Assembly: GCF_009834535.1 (NCBI RefSeq)
Contig: NC_045697.1
Span: 94,676,001 to 94,740,000, forward strand
Direction: 5' to 3'
Source of the DNA: Camelus ferus
Lineage: Eukaryota
DNA: 64,000 bases
Every line of letters begins with the position of its first letter. Position 1 is the stretch's first letter. The notes under the pieces are model-generated. The model was given only the letters and a program-made list of their open reading frames with translations, had not been told where the DNA came from and searched no databases. The position numbers and the translations under genes are program-made. Shown one piece after another: positions 49,790-62,277 of the stretch.

Positions 49790-51240
49790 CCCAGAAATTA
49801 ACAGATATTTAAAAAAATCAATAGTATCAAAAATGAAAGTTCAAGAAGAATGATTTAGGAAATTGTTAAAAGAAGAAGTAGATAATTTAGTCATAGAAGA
49901 TATTTTAAGAAGAGAATTTTCAAAACTAAATCAATAGTCTATGAGATATTAAGAACTTATTTTTTTAATATAACTTTTATTCAAATACAGGCTAACATTT
50001 TTTAAAGAAGCAAATAAGGAGAAATACTTAAATGTATTAGAATAATTTTATAGGAAAAAAGAAGAACTAAAAGAAAAGGTCAAGAAAATTCCCAATGTAT
50101 AAAAATATGTAAATAGAAAAAAACTGAGACATAGCCAATAAATATAGGGGTTCAAATTTTCATGTAAAAGGAGTTTGAGATTACCAGAGAGATAATAGAA
50201 GAGGGAAATAAAAGCCTCAGAGAAGGATTTCAAATACCGGAGAAAATCAGCAGTCTTCGAATTGAAAGGCACAAGTGAGTATTCAGTAGAAGAGTGAAAG
50301 GTGTAACCTATGTAGACATATATAAATAGGCTTTGAGAAAACCAAGTATCAAAAAAAGTTCACTAAAGTAATAAGCAAGAAAGAATGATTATCTAAAAAG
50401 AATGAGAACTGAATTAGTAGAGTGACCTCAGGAACTCTGAATACTATAAGATACAGAGATAATGATATGACATTACTGAGGAATGTATTTTGAATACAAA
50501 CATTTTAAATATCCAAATATTAACAATATGAAGCAGAGAAATGCTTTAGTCATGAAAAAGTTTCAGAGTATTTATTTCCTCTGCATTCTTTCCAAGGAAA
50601 ATAATTAAGAAAGTAATTCTTTTTTTTTTCATCGAAGAAAAAAGGAAGATACAGACTCTGTGAAAAAGAAAACATTACTGAAATGTGCAATTTAAATATG
50701 AGTCAAATTGAAAAAGGACTTATTTTGAGCGAGTGATACAATAAAAGAAAATGAAATCCTTTGTTCATATACTTGGAATACTACCAAATAAGTGGTACAG
50801 ATTTGGTTTCTTAAAATTACATTTTCTTCTCTAAGTCCTTTGCAATACTTTGTTCTGCAACTACCAATAATACGTTATAACATTAAAATCTGAGTTTTTG
50901 AATTTTAATCTTTAGAATCTTCCTACAGAATAGTGACAGTATAACTACATTCAGGCTAGAGTAGAATATAATCTTATAAATACTGACAACTAAAAAAAAA
51001 TAGTGATATGCCTGTTAGAGTTTGGATATTTATGGAGAAAAAGGTCAAATGGAAAGAAACTTAATAATTCTATACCCTGTATAATGTGGAGCTAAGAGGA
51101 AAATTCTACAATTTAAAATTATAAGGCTAACCAAAAAAGAACCATACCTTTCTGAAATATTTGTAGGAGATTGTATAAATGTGCTAAGCACTCACTGCCT
51201 AATTAGGTAAATCAAGAAATGGAAGAATAAGTCTATATAC
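49790..51240 (+). mobile_element. Ancient HAL1/L1M ORF1-like fragment
   Basis: A-rich; aaaaggtcaagaaaattccc, gaaggatttcaaata...gtcttcgaattgaaaggc and ggaactctgaatactataagataca resemble decayed ORF1 sequence. Confidence 0.5.
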
Positions 51241-51654
51241 CTGCAAAGATTCTTACAGATTCCATTCCAGCTCATTAAAGCAGAGATTTCTTATAGGTTT
51301 TTAAACTCAGAGCATTTTCAGGAGTGCTGGGTCAATCACGGGTACTAAACAGCTTGGCGCAAAGCAGCCTGATCATGGAATTTAGGAAACAATTTGATAA
51401 TGTCTGAGTCACTTGTCCCTCTACATGTATGACTCTCAAGACTAGTTGCCCCATAGAAGTGCCACACTGCTGCCCTAGAAGAACAGAAACCACTGTATGC
51501 TTGTTAAAACACGTGTGTAACTGCCACCTGGTGTTACTAATTTCTGCATCCAGCTTAATAAAGGAAGCATCAATTAGTAAAAATGTCAGTCATATGCTTG
51601 CATTCTGGAGACAAGTGAGTCTCAGAAATGTAGAATTCTATCCATTTAGATACG

Positions 51655-51842
51655 GAATAGTTAGCGTTATTTTTTTTGGCTTAAACTATAGCTATCTATT
51701 CTCATCCTTAGAGGCCAGAATTCCTAAATCAAGATATCAGCAGGACTGTGCTCCCTCCAGAGGCTCTAAAGGAGGATCCTTCCTTTTCTGGTGGCTCCAG
51801 GCACTCTTAAAAGCACATCATTCAAACCTCTGCCTGTCTTTT
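51655..51842 (-). mobile_element. MLT1 (C/D-like) MaLR LTR fragment
   Basis: ggcttaaac...agaggccagaattcctaaatcaagatatcagcaggactgtgctccctccagaggctcta. Confidence 0.8.
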
Positions 51843-51934
51843 TTCTTTTTCAATATTTTAAACCTTTTAAAAAGCATGTCTATAATTTATTACACAAGTG
51901 TGCAACACATAGAACTGTTCCCTAATTTCTTTTT

Positions 51935-52055
51935 TCTGCAGCATTATTGAGATATTATTGACATAAAATGCTTACGTTTCAGGTGTACAATGTGATGATC
52001 TAATTCCCTTACGTAGTGTAAAATGATCACTACAATAAACTGTTACCATCTATTT
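51935..52055 (-). mobile_element. L1MA-type 3' end fragment
   Basis: ttattgagatattattgacata...caggtgtacaatgtgatgat...aaaatgatcactacaata. Confidence 0.65.
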
Positions 52056-52213
52056 CATTTTCTGATGCAATTACCGTTTTTGGTGCAATTCTAATAGGTG
52101 TGATTATAAAGTAATTTCCCAAATATTTACAGTTTCACTTAGGTAATTAAATATTTTAAATATATTTTCCTCAGTAGAATTTTATGTTCATTATATTTTA
52201 TTATACGTATGTA

Positions 52214-52580
52214 TGAAACAAAATAAAGGAAACCTCATTCAAAATAGAGTCTGGAAATCAGAAGGGGAAGCCCTCAAGCAATGCCATTCCACATCAGTTA
52301 CAGTCCCCAACAGGAGGACGTTAATTACAGACCCCATTAGGAAGAATTCTCCTGGCGCCATCAAGCCCAGCCAATGGGAAATGCTACATCGCCCTGAGCT
52401 GTCACTTTCATCCTGTGAACTTTGGTTCAAAACAACCCCTCCCAATTTCCTCTTTTTTCTTTATAAAGTAACATTCCTCTCTTTTGCTTGTTAGACTTGT
52501 CTATGGCTTTTACTATAGCTTGCTTGTCCTGAGTTGCAATTCCTCTGCTATTTCCGAGAAAAAAAAATCCATTAATGGTA
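52214..52580 (+). mobile_element. Solo ERV1-like LTR
   Basis: Starts tgaaacaaaat; CCAAT (cccagccaatgggaa), TATA-like ctttataaag and gcaattcctctgctatttcc as in laurasiatherian ERV1 LTRs; 3' end unclear. Confidence 0.6.
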
Positions 52581-52958
52581 ACTGTACTACAATTTCCTGA
52601 ATACTTATCTGTGCAAAGCACTTTTTCCTTTACCTTCTCTTGTTTAATTCTCACAGCAACTCTCATATCTAGGCACAAGTGGTATCACATTATAAAGAAA
52701 AAACAGAAACTCTTAAAACTTGACAGTTTTCATATAGTAAACCTAGATAGAAAATGACAGAACTGTGACTGGAATCCAGATTCTAACATCCATGATTGAA
52801 AATACAGTTCTCCTAAATTCAAACACAAAATCATGAGGTTGCTAAGAATTCACTATGTATAAGAGGCTTTTTTGAATTAAGAAACCATATCGCTTTCATC
52901 AGAAAGATCTAATTTGGGGGGAAATTCTTCACATGAACACACATTAAAAAAAACAATA

Positions 52959-54064
52959 TGTAACTGAGCAGGATCCTGTGGGGCCTTCCAGGGTCAGACC
53001 CCTCCCCTAAATCCTCTGCTGTAGCTCCTCTCCGAAGTACCCAGATAATAGTATCTCATGTATATTTTCCAAGTTTTTCACATGCCTAAAACCGCCGCCA
53101 AATGGAAGAAACGAACTACTTAATGATCAAGAGCTTCTAACGCCTAGGGGTTGATAGTGTTAGGCATTTAGATAGAAATAAGCACCAGGCAAAGGGAGAG
53201 GAAGGGGGAGGGAGCAATGCAGAAAATAACAGAATGCCTGTACTCAGGATAAGGGGCTCCATAAAGTTTTACTTTCTCTAAATGAGGGCCAGCAAAGAAG
53301 CCGGCTAGCATCAAACGCTTCAGCTGTGCAGTAGAGGGAAGGACCTAGCTTAACTTGACCCAGTGCTCATTATGGTATAATTAACATTGCAGTTTGAGCC
53401 CCTCCCATAGGTTTCTCTGTGTGCAACATGGGTAAAAACATGTGTAAAAGAGATGGGTGTGCCTGAGCACAAGGAACATGGGCTGTCAACCACCCTGAGC
53501 ACAAGGAACCTAAGCTGTCAGTCAGCCTGAGCACTCAAAGAACCTGAGCTGTGAATCAATCAATCAACCACAAAAAACGCCCCCTTACAAAAAACAAGAA
53601 AAACAAAGGAGAGGGGCCATTTTTCCTTCTTGGATTGGTCCACTCTCAATTCTTGGGAGTGTACTATATTTTACTGAGTTTTTACTTCACTAATAAAATT
53701 TTCTATTTCTGTCACATTTTCTGCCTCTCGTTAAAAATTCATTTTTGGAGGGTGACTAAGAACGAAGTAACTTTTATTCTCTTCCTCTTGGTAACAAGAG
53801 TGTTGACCACCCTGTTCCCTCGTCGTCAACCAAAGAATTGTGCACGAACTGATCACTTACTCTGAGAACGCCACCCCCCCAACCCCGCCCCCTTACCTGG
53901 CCTTTATACTTTGCTGAAACCCTTCAGGGACTTCTGGGTTTTCTTGGGCATAAGCCACACCGTCTTCCTTGATGGGGCCTGAAATAAGTCCTTCTCTGCT
54001 CTGAACTCGTTTCAGTTTGTTTGTCCTATGGTGCAGCGGGCACACCAATTTACCTTCAGTAACA
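52959..54064 (+). mobile_element. Outer ERV1 solo LTR (artiodactyl type) with TSD, interrupted by an inner LTR
   Basis: tgtaactgagcaggatcctgtggggcc...ttcagtaaca; perfect TSD aata at 52955-52958 and 54065-54068. Confidence 0.88.
53158..53796 (+). mobile_element. Inner ERV1 solo LTR (639 bp) with an internal 3x32-bp repeat
   Basis: tgttaggc...gggagtgtact...ctaataaaatt...ggtaaca; TSD atag (53154-53157) / agag (53797-53800), 3 of 4 identical. Confidence 0.82.
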
Positions 54065-54639
54065 AATATATTTCTCTTGTAATAATTATGCTACTCTATC
54101 TGGGGTATTTAATCTTTCTTGGTTGTTGAGTTAGAGTTTTAATAGTTATATATTGATGACATGCTGATTATTTATAAGGCCAGTGTCTCAGCTAGATAAA
54201 CGAAGAGGGATTCAGCCATGACTCAGACATATCTTGTCACGTTTGGTGAGCCACTGGAATTGATTGCCAAGGATATGCTTAGACAAGGGATCTAGAAGTC
54301 TTCTTTGAGAGTGCTCATTCTCAGAAAGATGAGATTCAAGGCAAATTAGCATTTCTTGAGAAAAATAGCATTAGATAGGAAAAATAATTTTAAAAATGTA
54401 TATTTTTGTATTGTCGAGTTTCTGCCTGCCCTTCATTTTGGGAAAGATCATATGAAAAAAGATCTAGGAAAAGAATATGATAAACGAGAAAAGAAAAAAA
54501 AGATAAAATTTTCACTGAATTATCTGTAAGACATTGGCAACCACATTGCCTCAATCACTTTTCTGATTCCTATGTAAAGAACTTCTTGAGTAAGATAAAT
54601 AGAAACACATCCATTTCTGTATGGCAGGAATGCTGTACA

Positions 54640-54945
54640 GAAACCCAAACTTCTGGGGTGAATATCCGGAAACACGCAGAGATAGCAGGATGGATAGTCA
54701 AGCTGTGTCATCTTGTTTCAAGGATAGAGCACAGAATCCAGTCTTACCACTTGTTAGACATAGTAGGAGGCAATATTGCTGTAGCCAGAGCCAAAAAAGG
54801 GCAACAGTTGCCTCTTAATTGTGAGAAAAGATGTAATACTTGAACACTCAGGTTCCATGTGACAATCTTTAAAAGATCACATTTATAAACGTACACTGAG
54901 AGATTCCTGCATCAGGGCAATGAATTTGTGGAAGGCAAGAGTTAA
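54640..54945 (+). mobile_element. Probable L3/CR1 reverse-transcriptase fragment
   Basis: gctgtagccagagccaaaaaagggcaac and cacatttataaacgtacactgagagattcctgcatcagggcaatgaatttgtggaagg resemble recalled CR1/L3 blocks (AAKKAN; PHFKKD...QRRA) in the correct order. Confidence 0.4.
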
Positions 54946-56357
54946 TGCAATAGTGTGGGTTAAGATGAACTGCACCAAATTCTTTTTGTTATGCCAATTA
55001 TGACTATATTTTTTTAACAACCAAACTTAGATATTCTGGAAAAACACAGGTTGCACAATCAACATTTACTTTACATTGCTTTGGCAAACACACTGCATTT
55101 TTAATTTAAATAGGAGATTTCTTTTTCTTCTTTTTAACCACCTCAAATAGATACTTTCATAAAAGGCAGGAATAAGTAAAAAAGAACTAGAAAACTTTCT
55201 GTGTAATTTATTTTTAATCAGTTCATTTAATGGTTAAAAGAGCAGATGATAACTAAAAAGTCAAAGGAAAAGAAAATGATGGTTCATAAAAATACAGCTG
55301 TCTTCATTTGAATGCAATTGGACTCACGATGTTAAAAACATAGAAGTTTAACAACCCCGCAGATGGTCCTTGAATTGAGCACATTTGTGGTATTTAAAAC
55401 CAACCAATGTTGATAAATAAAAAGAATGGAATTACTCCATATTAAGAAAATAAAGTTTTTATCATCAAATCTTTATCTCGTTAACCTCTCATTAAGCTCT
55501 AAGTAAACTTTTCTTTAAATCATTTTTTCACCCATTTTTTTACACAACTGTTTACTTCTTATGTATGCATAAGTATTGTGCTAGGTGATCCTTTTGAAAG
55601 AATAAGACACAAACTTACCTGCAAGTTGCTCTACCTTTTTTGGATGTTACAGTGTTGGCGAAGTGTCCCCCGATAACTATACTGCCCACAAATAATTATA
55701 TTCCTCTTTTTTACTAATAAAAATAATTTAAACCTAAAATATGTGTGCCCATATAAAGAAATCTGCTGATCCTTTAGAAAAAGATAGACATTGTCCTTTT
55801 GTCCTCTTTCCTTTCTCCTCTCCTCCCCAGCCAGTGAGGAGATGGGATGATGAGACCTAGAATAACAGTGCATTGGAAGCCATATTGAAAAGGGCAGCAG
55901 AACATTATAGAGGGCAGTTAGATGCCACACCTAGTAAGCTGCTATATTGGCCCAAAACTCTACATGGAAGGAAATAAAATTCTATTATTTTGCATTCCCT
56001 GTTAGATTTGAGACATAAAAAACAGACTTGTATTTTTAACACATATATAGATGATATAAGTCAATAACTTAACTTTATTAAGCCTAAACATGTTTATAAA
56101 AAAATTTTATAATTTCCACTTAATAGTCTGAAACTAAATGGATGGAAAATATTACTAACACTTAATTTTAGAATATATTTTATAAATCAAATTATAATGT
56201 AATGATAACAGCAAGAAAAGCAATTTATTTATTAAAAATGTATTTCAAAATGAAAATTTGAGCAAGCCTACATTAGAAGAAAAAAATGCAGTGGTTCAAT
56301 GCTTCATTTACATATAATAATTTAAGGCTCTAGAGTTCTTCAGTATAAGAAGTACAG

Positions 56358-56420
56358 AAAGGAAGAAAGGAAGGAAAGGAGGAAGGAAGGAAAGGAGGAA
56401 GGAAGAAAAAGAGGGAAGGC
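56358..56420. repeat. (GGAA)n-type purine repeat
   Basis: Read directly. Confidence 0.9.
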
Positions 56421-58584
56421 AGGAGAGGTGAGCAAAAAAATTTTTAATTAAAAATAATAAAACAAAAAGCTATAGGAAACTTGTGAGGCACACATCTGGT
56501 ATCAGTATCAGATTACATTTAGAAAACAAGAAAAATGAAAAATAATACGTAATTTCTATGTGCAATATACATAACATGGATTTATCATTTTTGGACAAAA
56601 ACGAAAATATATACGATGGAAGTGGTATTAAATATTTTAAAACAAATTCCATTAATGAAATTCAATATAATCACAACTTTTCACTGTGAATTTAATATTA
56701 TTCAAATTTTCTTAAAAAATAATTCTGTTAACAGTCATTTCAAATCTAGTGTTATATATTTGCAATTTCTTTTGTTGCAGTAGGTACACCATCAACATAA
56801 AATTACTTTCAAACAAATACGTAGCTGCAAATGTATATGTAATCTATATGTAGGTGTAATTCTTTCCAAAGAAATGACCATGAAAGTCTTAAATGGACCC
56901 AAAAGATTTTACAACTCAACTTATTATAATATCTTTCTTATGCCTCAAAGTCATCTTCTAGATCAACTTTTCTTCCTCCAAACTCCTGGTTAACACGTTC
57001 CACACTCACTTCAGATAAATTCAATTTTGAAATTTCATGCTGATTTAAAATCATAATTAATTTTTGATAACAAATGACAGCAATATGTTTCCAAATCATT
57101 TTGTTTAAATTCATTCCCATTAAATTTCAACCAATATGGGAAACTTCAAAAAATTCTCATGAGTAAGGCTATTTTTATATAATGTATAGTTTTTGGTAAT
57201 TCTCTGATCATTCCCTACATATTAGTGAGATACACCTCATTTCCATGTAGCCTAAGACAGACCTCTTTTAACTTTGCAAATATATCTGACAAATTTATCA
57301 TACCATTTGCTATATTTTAATTTTAATGTTTAATTTTTCACTGAATAAAAATCTACAATGAAACAGTGAAAAATATTTTTAAAAGTTTCTTCGAAGGGTC
57401 ATTGTAGTTCAATGTGAAGGATAAAATGTTACCAAAAAATCTACCATTCCAGAAATTACTATATATTTTACATTGATCATTATTTTACATTATGCATTAA
57501 TAGCTCAGTAACTTCATTGATTCTTGAAGTCTTTTTCAAAGTTCTTGGCAACTAAGTGCTGTTGATGAATAATGCAATAAATTGCTAAAACACCTGGTGT
57601 TTCCCTTTTAAGTTGGCTGTAAACCTGTTTTACCCACTAACCTGAGTCAGTGTTCCATCTGTTGTACAAGCGATGTCATTGGAAAAGGGAATTATTTTTT
57701 CCTGTGAACTGATTTTAAAGGTTTCTAATGTTGACAAACTGTAAAACAGCCTGTTATTCTAAATGACATCCCCTCTATTATTTTTTCATTCTTTTTGAAC
57801 TGTGCATATGGTAACTTCAGTTTATTATATACTTCATTTTCTTTTGCTTTCTTATTCATTAATCTAAAAACAGTGTTTTTCTCAATAAAAAGAAATAAAC
57901 TATTACATTTGAACTATCTTTTATCATATAACTTATAACTTACATAACATAACAAATAACTTACAGCTGGTAAGATAAATTTTCCTCTAATATTGTATAA
58001 TTCATCATATTTTGTATTATTTGTACTCCCTATAAGACAGAAAAGAAGCCTGATTGTTCTGGGTTTAAGAGTTTTTAAGTATCCGAATGACAGCACAATA
58101 CTTTCAAAAAATTTCTTTAAATTTCAGAATTATATGGTTAATGTGTTTCTTTTTAAAATTTGCATTTATTCTCAACATTTGTGCTGCTTAATTAGAAAAA
58201 AAGTCAGTAAGTTAAATATATTCATGATGTTTGTTTTGGAATGAAGTGATAAATCTCAACAACAAAAATTCAACAGAATAATTTAAACAATTTTTCTTTA
58301 TATTTAGCATTTTAAATTAAGATCTCAAATCACCATTATTGTAACAAATGCAATCATAGACTGATACAAGTATCAGTGTGGGGGCTGTATTGATGACTCA
58401 TATACCATAAATTGTATTACCAAGGATAAGATGATTTTTCACAATGTTAAACAACTCTTGGTTAAGTTTCAAACAAAGCAAATTTCAATCTCCCCCAAAT
58501 TTACCTACTATTTACCTTTAATGTACATGAAAGCTGTGTAAAATCTATTTTATATTTATGTGCAAAATGGAAGGCAATTCTAGG

Positions 58585-58885
58585 CCCTATTTAAAGTAGT
58601 CACCTTACCCCAGTCACTGTCTATCAAATAAACCCAGTTTATTTGTCCTGTATCACTTTATAAACTCTGACTATATATTGTTTATTTTGTCCTTCTAGTC
58701 ATCCATGTATTTCCCCTGCCTGACACACAGATACACCCTTATAATCATAACACGCACCCTTATGCTCACACACAATCTGAATTTGCACTGTCTTAAAGAG
58801 GGGAAACCTTGTCTGCCTTCCTCACTGCTCTCCATCCCCAAGACAGTCTGACACACTGTAGGCACTCAATAAATATCTGTTAACT
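58585..58885 (+). mobile_element. L2 3' end
   Basis: aaccttgtctgccttcctcactgctctcc...cagtctgacacactgtaggcactcaataaatatctgtt. Confidence 0.75.
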
Positions 58886-58905
58886 AAATACATATTTTAT
58901 ATTTT

Positions 58906-59013
58906 GATCCTTTTATTTGAGTTAACTGTATTGCTCTGCTAAGTGAATTTCATGTCATAGTTCCTATTATTTGAGTTAAATGTATTGCTCTGCTAAGTGA
59001 ATCCCATGTCCAA
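58906..59013. repeat. Two-copy tandem duplication, 54-bp period
   Basis: ttatttgagttaa(c/a)tgtattgctctgctaagtgaat..catgtc occurs twice, 54 bp apart. Confidence 0.92.
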
Positions 59014-61618
59014 GGCACAAAGTAACTACAAGATTAAAACAACGCAACTGGAACACTGTCCTGGTGTGATTAGCAGCAGCCATGTCTTAAAGTGGTTATT
59101 TTAATGTTAACTACCAAAAAACTTTTACATCAGAAGATAAACTGTTCTGTAGTTTTCATTTCTAAAGTAAAAGTGAAATGAGCTGATTCTAACAATTGTA
59201 AAATGCGTTATCCACTTACAAACTTTAACAAAAATCGACATCCTTAGGCGCTTGTGTGAGAAACAGGAACAGAATCACTGCCTTCAGAATGAGCCAACGT
59301 ACCCTTTCGAGGAATGTTGAATGATGGTTTGCCTAAGGAATACCAGGATTACTCACGTTTGCATATTTAGATTAATAGTACATTTCTACAAGGTTTGTGT
59401 TGTAATTAGAACTTAAGTAACATTTGTAAAGTGTTATCTGTCAGAGTCTGGAGAGACCCAAAGAGAACGTATGTCATTATGCAAAATTACTAATTAAGTA
59501 CAAGTAATTTAGCAGATAATTTACATGTTCATTTTATAATAGAAATTATTTAGTTTTAGGGTTCTCTTTGTATTTCTAAAGTAATCTTGACCCAAGGGAT
59601 CACAGACTGTTAAGAAGAAGTATAAATTATAGAATGAGACATATGTTTAACTGCCTCATAGAGCTTTTGTTGTAGCTAATGATTCCTCTAACAGTAATTG
59701 CATAAGGGAAAACATTTTCTTTTTAAGTAAATAATGTTCATTACCTCTTAAATCTACTGTCACTTGACAACATTAATGCGGAAAAATTTCTACCTTCTTG
59801 ATTAGCTCTCCAAGGATATCCAGCAGCTTTAAATTAATATTGATCAAACAGAAACCATCATATCCATCAAATTGTTCCTACAAATATGGATACACAGGAA
59901 AAAATATTTCAATAGATTCTGGAAAGAAAAACACTTACTCTCCTGAAATATAATGTAAATGTACTGTAAATTATTAATATGAGGAAATTATGTTAGAATG
60001 GGTGTTTTATTTTGTGGCTACTGATAAGCACTATCTCTGCTGAGACATCTCAAATATTTCAATATTAACGACTCATATCTGTATTAGTCAAATCATGGCC
60101 ATATTGTGTTAGTAATTGTACCTTAACACTGCAACTTTGGGAAGAAAAGAAAACAGCCTGCCTTCCTAAACTGATTTTTTTTATCCAAGTTGTCAGAAAG
60201 CTCCATGAGGGTAGGGATTCTGTTTATTCACAGCTTTAGTACTAATAACCTGAGGCACATTTTAATGTAGGTGACAATTTCCTCCAGTTCTTTTGGTTTA
60301 ACTTGTTGTTGGTTTTTAAGTAACATTAAAAATTTTTCTATTTAACTATTTCATATTATTTTTCTAATTGTTTTTGATATATATATTTAGCTATTAAGTT
60401 TCCTCTGATAATTACTTCAGTTGTATCCCAGATTTGATATGTCCTGTTAAAATTTTGAGAAGTGTCGTAGTTTGATGTCTATTTCCAGTTTCATACAAGA
60501 GTTAATAGTGTGTTAATTTCTATGTAGAAGGACTTTATGTTTTTCAATTTTAAATTAAAGTTATAAGTTTCTAGTTTTATTGAAAATAGTTCAGAGAATG
60601 CTCTTTGTTTTATTTCTATTTTTTGGAAGGTATTTTTTGTGGTATAAAAATTGTCAATTATTATGAACATTTTCTTTGCACTTAAAGTGTAGTATCTCTA
60701 TCTAGGTTAAGATTTCAATATATAAAATCTAAGTTAGTGATAACAAATGTTCATTACTTTCATGTCTTTACAAAATTTTTGCTCATTTGATCTGCCTCGA
60801 ATCAAGAGAGATGTATTCAATTTTATTTCTATTGATAATTTTTGTTTATTTCTTGACACTGCTATAACTGCTTTTGAATAAGTCATTTCATTCTTTGCAT
60901 AAAAATTAATGACTGTTACAGTTTCACTGAGAAAAATTGTTTTTAACTTTATAAACTTGTATTTTCATTATTTTATACTGTCTTTGGTTTAAAGTTTATC
61001 TTTTCAGATACCAAGATTTTAACCTCTACTTTCTTTGCATTTGAGAAGTGCATAATAGTGTATCCTTTTACTTTTTATCACTTTTGAAGGTTTTTTTTTT
61101 TTAGATCTGTCTCTTGTACAGTGCATAATTGTTAGCTATTAAAAATCTTTCTATTGGTGATTTAAGCTCATTTAATTATTGACGTAATTAATATATTTAG
61201 ACTCTAATCTCATATTTTAAAGTTTTAGTCACACAGAGGTTTATCAATATGTGGTCACTTATTCTCTCGTATATTTTAATATTTAGAAAGGTTTGTAGCT
61301 TAAGATTAATGTTTACTTTTATACTAATATATTTTAAAATAGTCTTCTCACTTCTTTCAGATTCTGTCCATTGTTTCCCCGTGAACAATATTGAATTTAA
61401 CAAGCAACATTTTCTTCCTCCTCCTCTCCCTTTCCCTCCAAATCCATTTTGAAGTAATGTCTTGTACTCTCAGTTAATACTTGAGGGCAATTAATTAATT
61501 CTACTTTCCATAAACTCTCAATTTTCTAAACAACTTTTGCTTTATCTAAAGTGGCAGAGCATTTTAACTCACATGTACTTTATCATCTTCCTTATATCTA
61601 TCACTTAGATTTTCTCTT

Positions 61619-61750
61619 TTTATTTTTTCTTTTTGGGGGAAGGTAATTATATTTATATATTTATTTATTTTTGATGAAGATACTGGGGATTGAATTTAGG
61701 ACCTCATCCATACTAGGCATGCCCTCTACCACTGATCTATACCCTACCCC
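61619..61750 (-). mobile_element. Camelid tRNA-derived SINE (Vic-1 type)
   Basis: Reverse complement ggggtagggtatagatcagtggtagag (A box)...gaggtcctaaattcaatccccagta (B box)...aaataaata...taattaccttccccc plus A tail; 16-bp TSD acttagattttctctt (61603-61618) / acttggactttctctt (61752-61767). Confidence 0.88.
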
Positions 61751-62211
61751 AACTTGGACTTTCTCTTAAAGAAATATATATACTTTTAAAGTTTTTCACT
61801 AGTTTCAAGTTGATATCCTCAGTAGTTTTCATTTTCTGAAGGTAATTGTCTAGTAGATTTCCTCAGGAAAAACTTGTGGAAACAATAGCCCCCGAGTGCT
61901 GTCATATTCTTAAAATCTGTCCATGGCCTTTACATCAGAAGTTCAATTTAGATGGATGTAAAATCTTTTCATCATATTTTCTTTCCTTAGAATATTACAT
62001 GGTTTCCTGGCACAAAACGTTACTGTTGAAAAGTTTGATGTCAATCTGATTGTATTCTTTTTATAAGTGACTTGAACTTTTTGTCTGGAAGCTCAAAGAA
62101 TGTTTTTCCTTTTGCTCTGAAGAAAAATAATTTTGCTAGGATATTTCGTGGTGTTAGGTGTCATCCACTCTAGGTTGATTTTGCCAGGTACCAGGTATAT
62201 ACATTTGTGTA

Positions 62212-62213
<2 letters not shown>

Positions 62214-62251
<38 letters not shown>

Positions 62252-62277
62252 GATAGATAGGTAGGTAGATAGATAGT
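62214..62277. repeat. (TG)n followed by (TAGA/TAGG)n compound microsatellite
   Basis: Read directly. Confidence 0.95.

Noticed and set aside
51429..51950. Longest ORF in the window (173 aa)
   Set aside because: Runs through an antisense MLT1 fragment (LEARIPKSRYQQDCAPSRGS is typical MLT1 read-through) and a T-rich tract; no recognisable domain.
53462..53558. Regularly spaced ~32-bp repeats as a CRISPR-like array
   Set aside because: Units are contiguous with no unique spacers, lie inside an LTR in mammalian DNA, and no cas genes are present.
61680..61750. tRNA-like sequence
   Set aside because: It is the head of a SINE with tail and TSD; acceptor stem and B box are degenerate.
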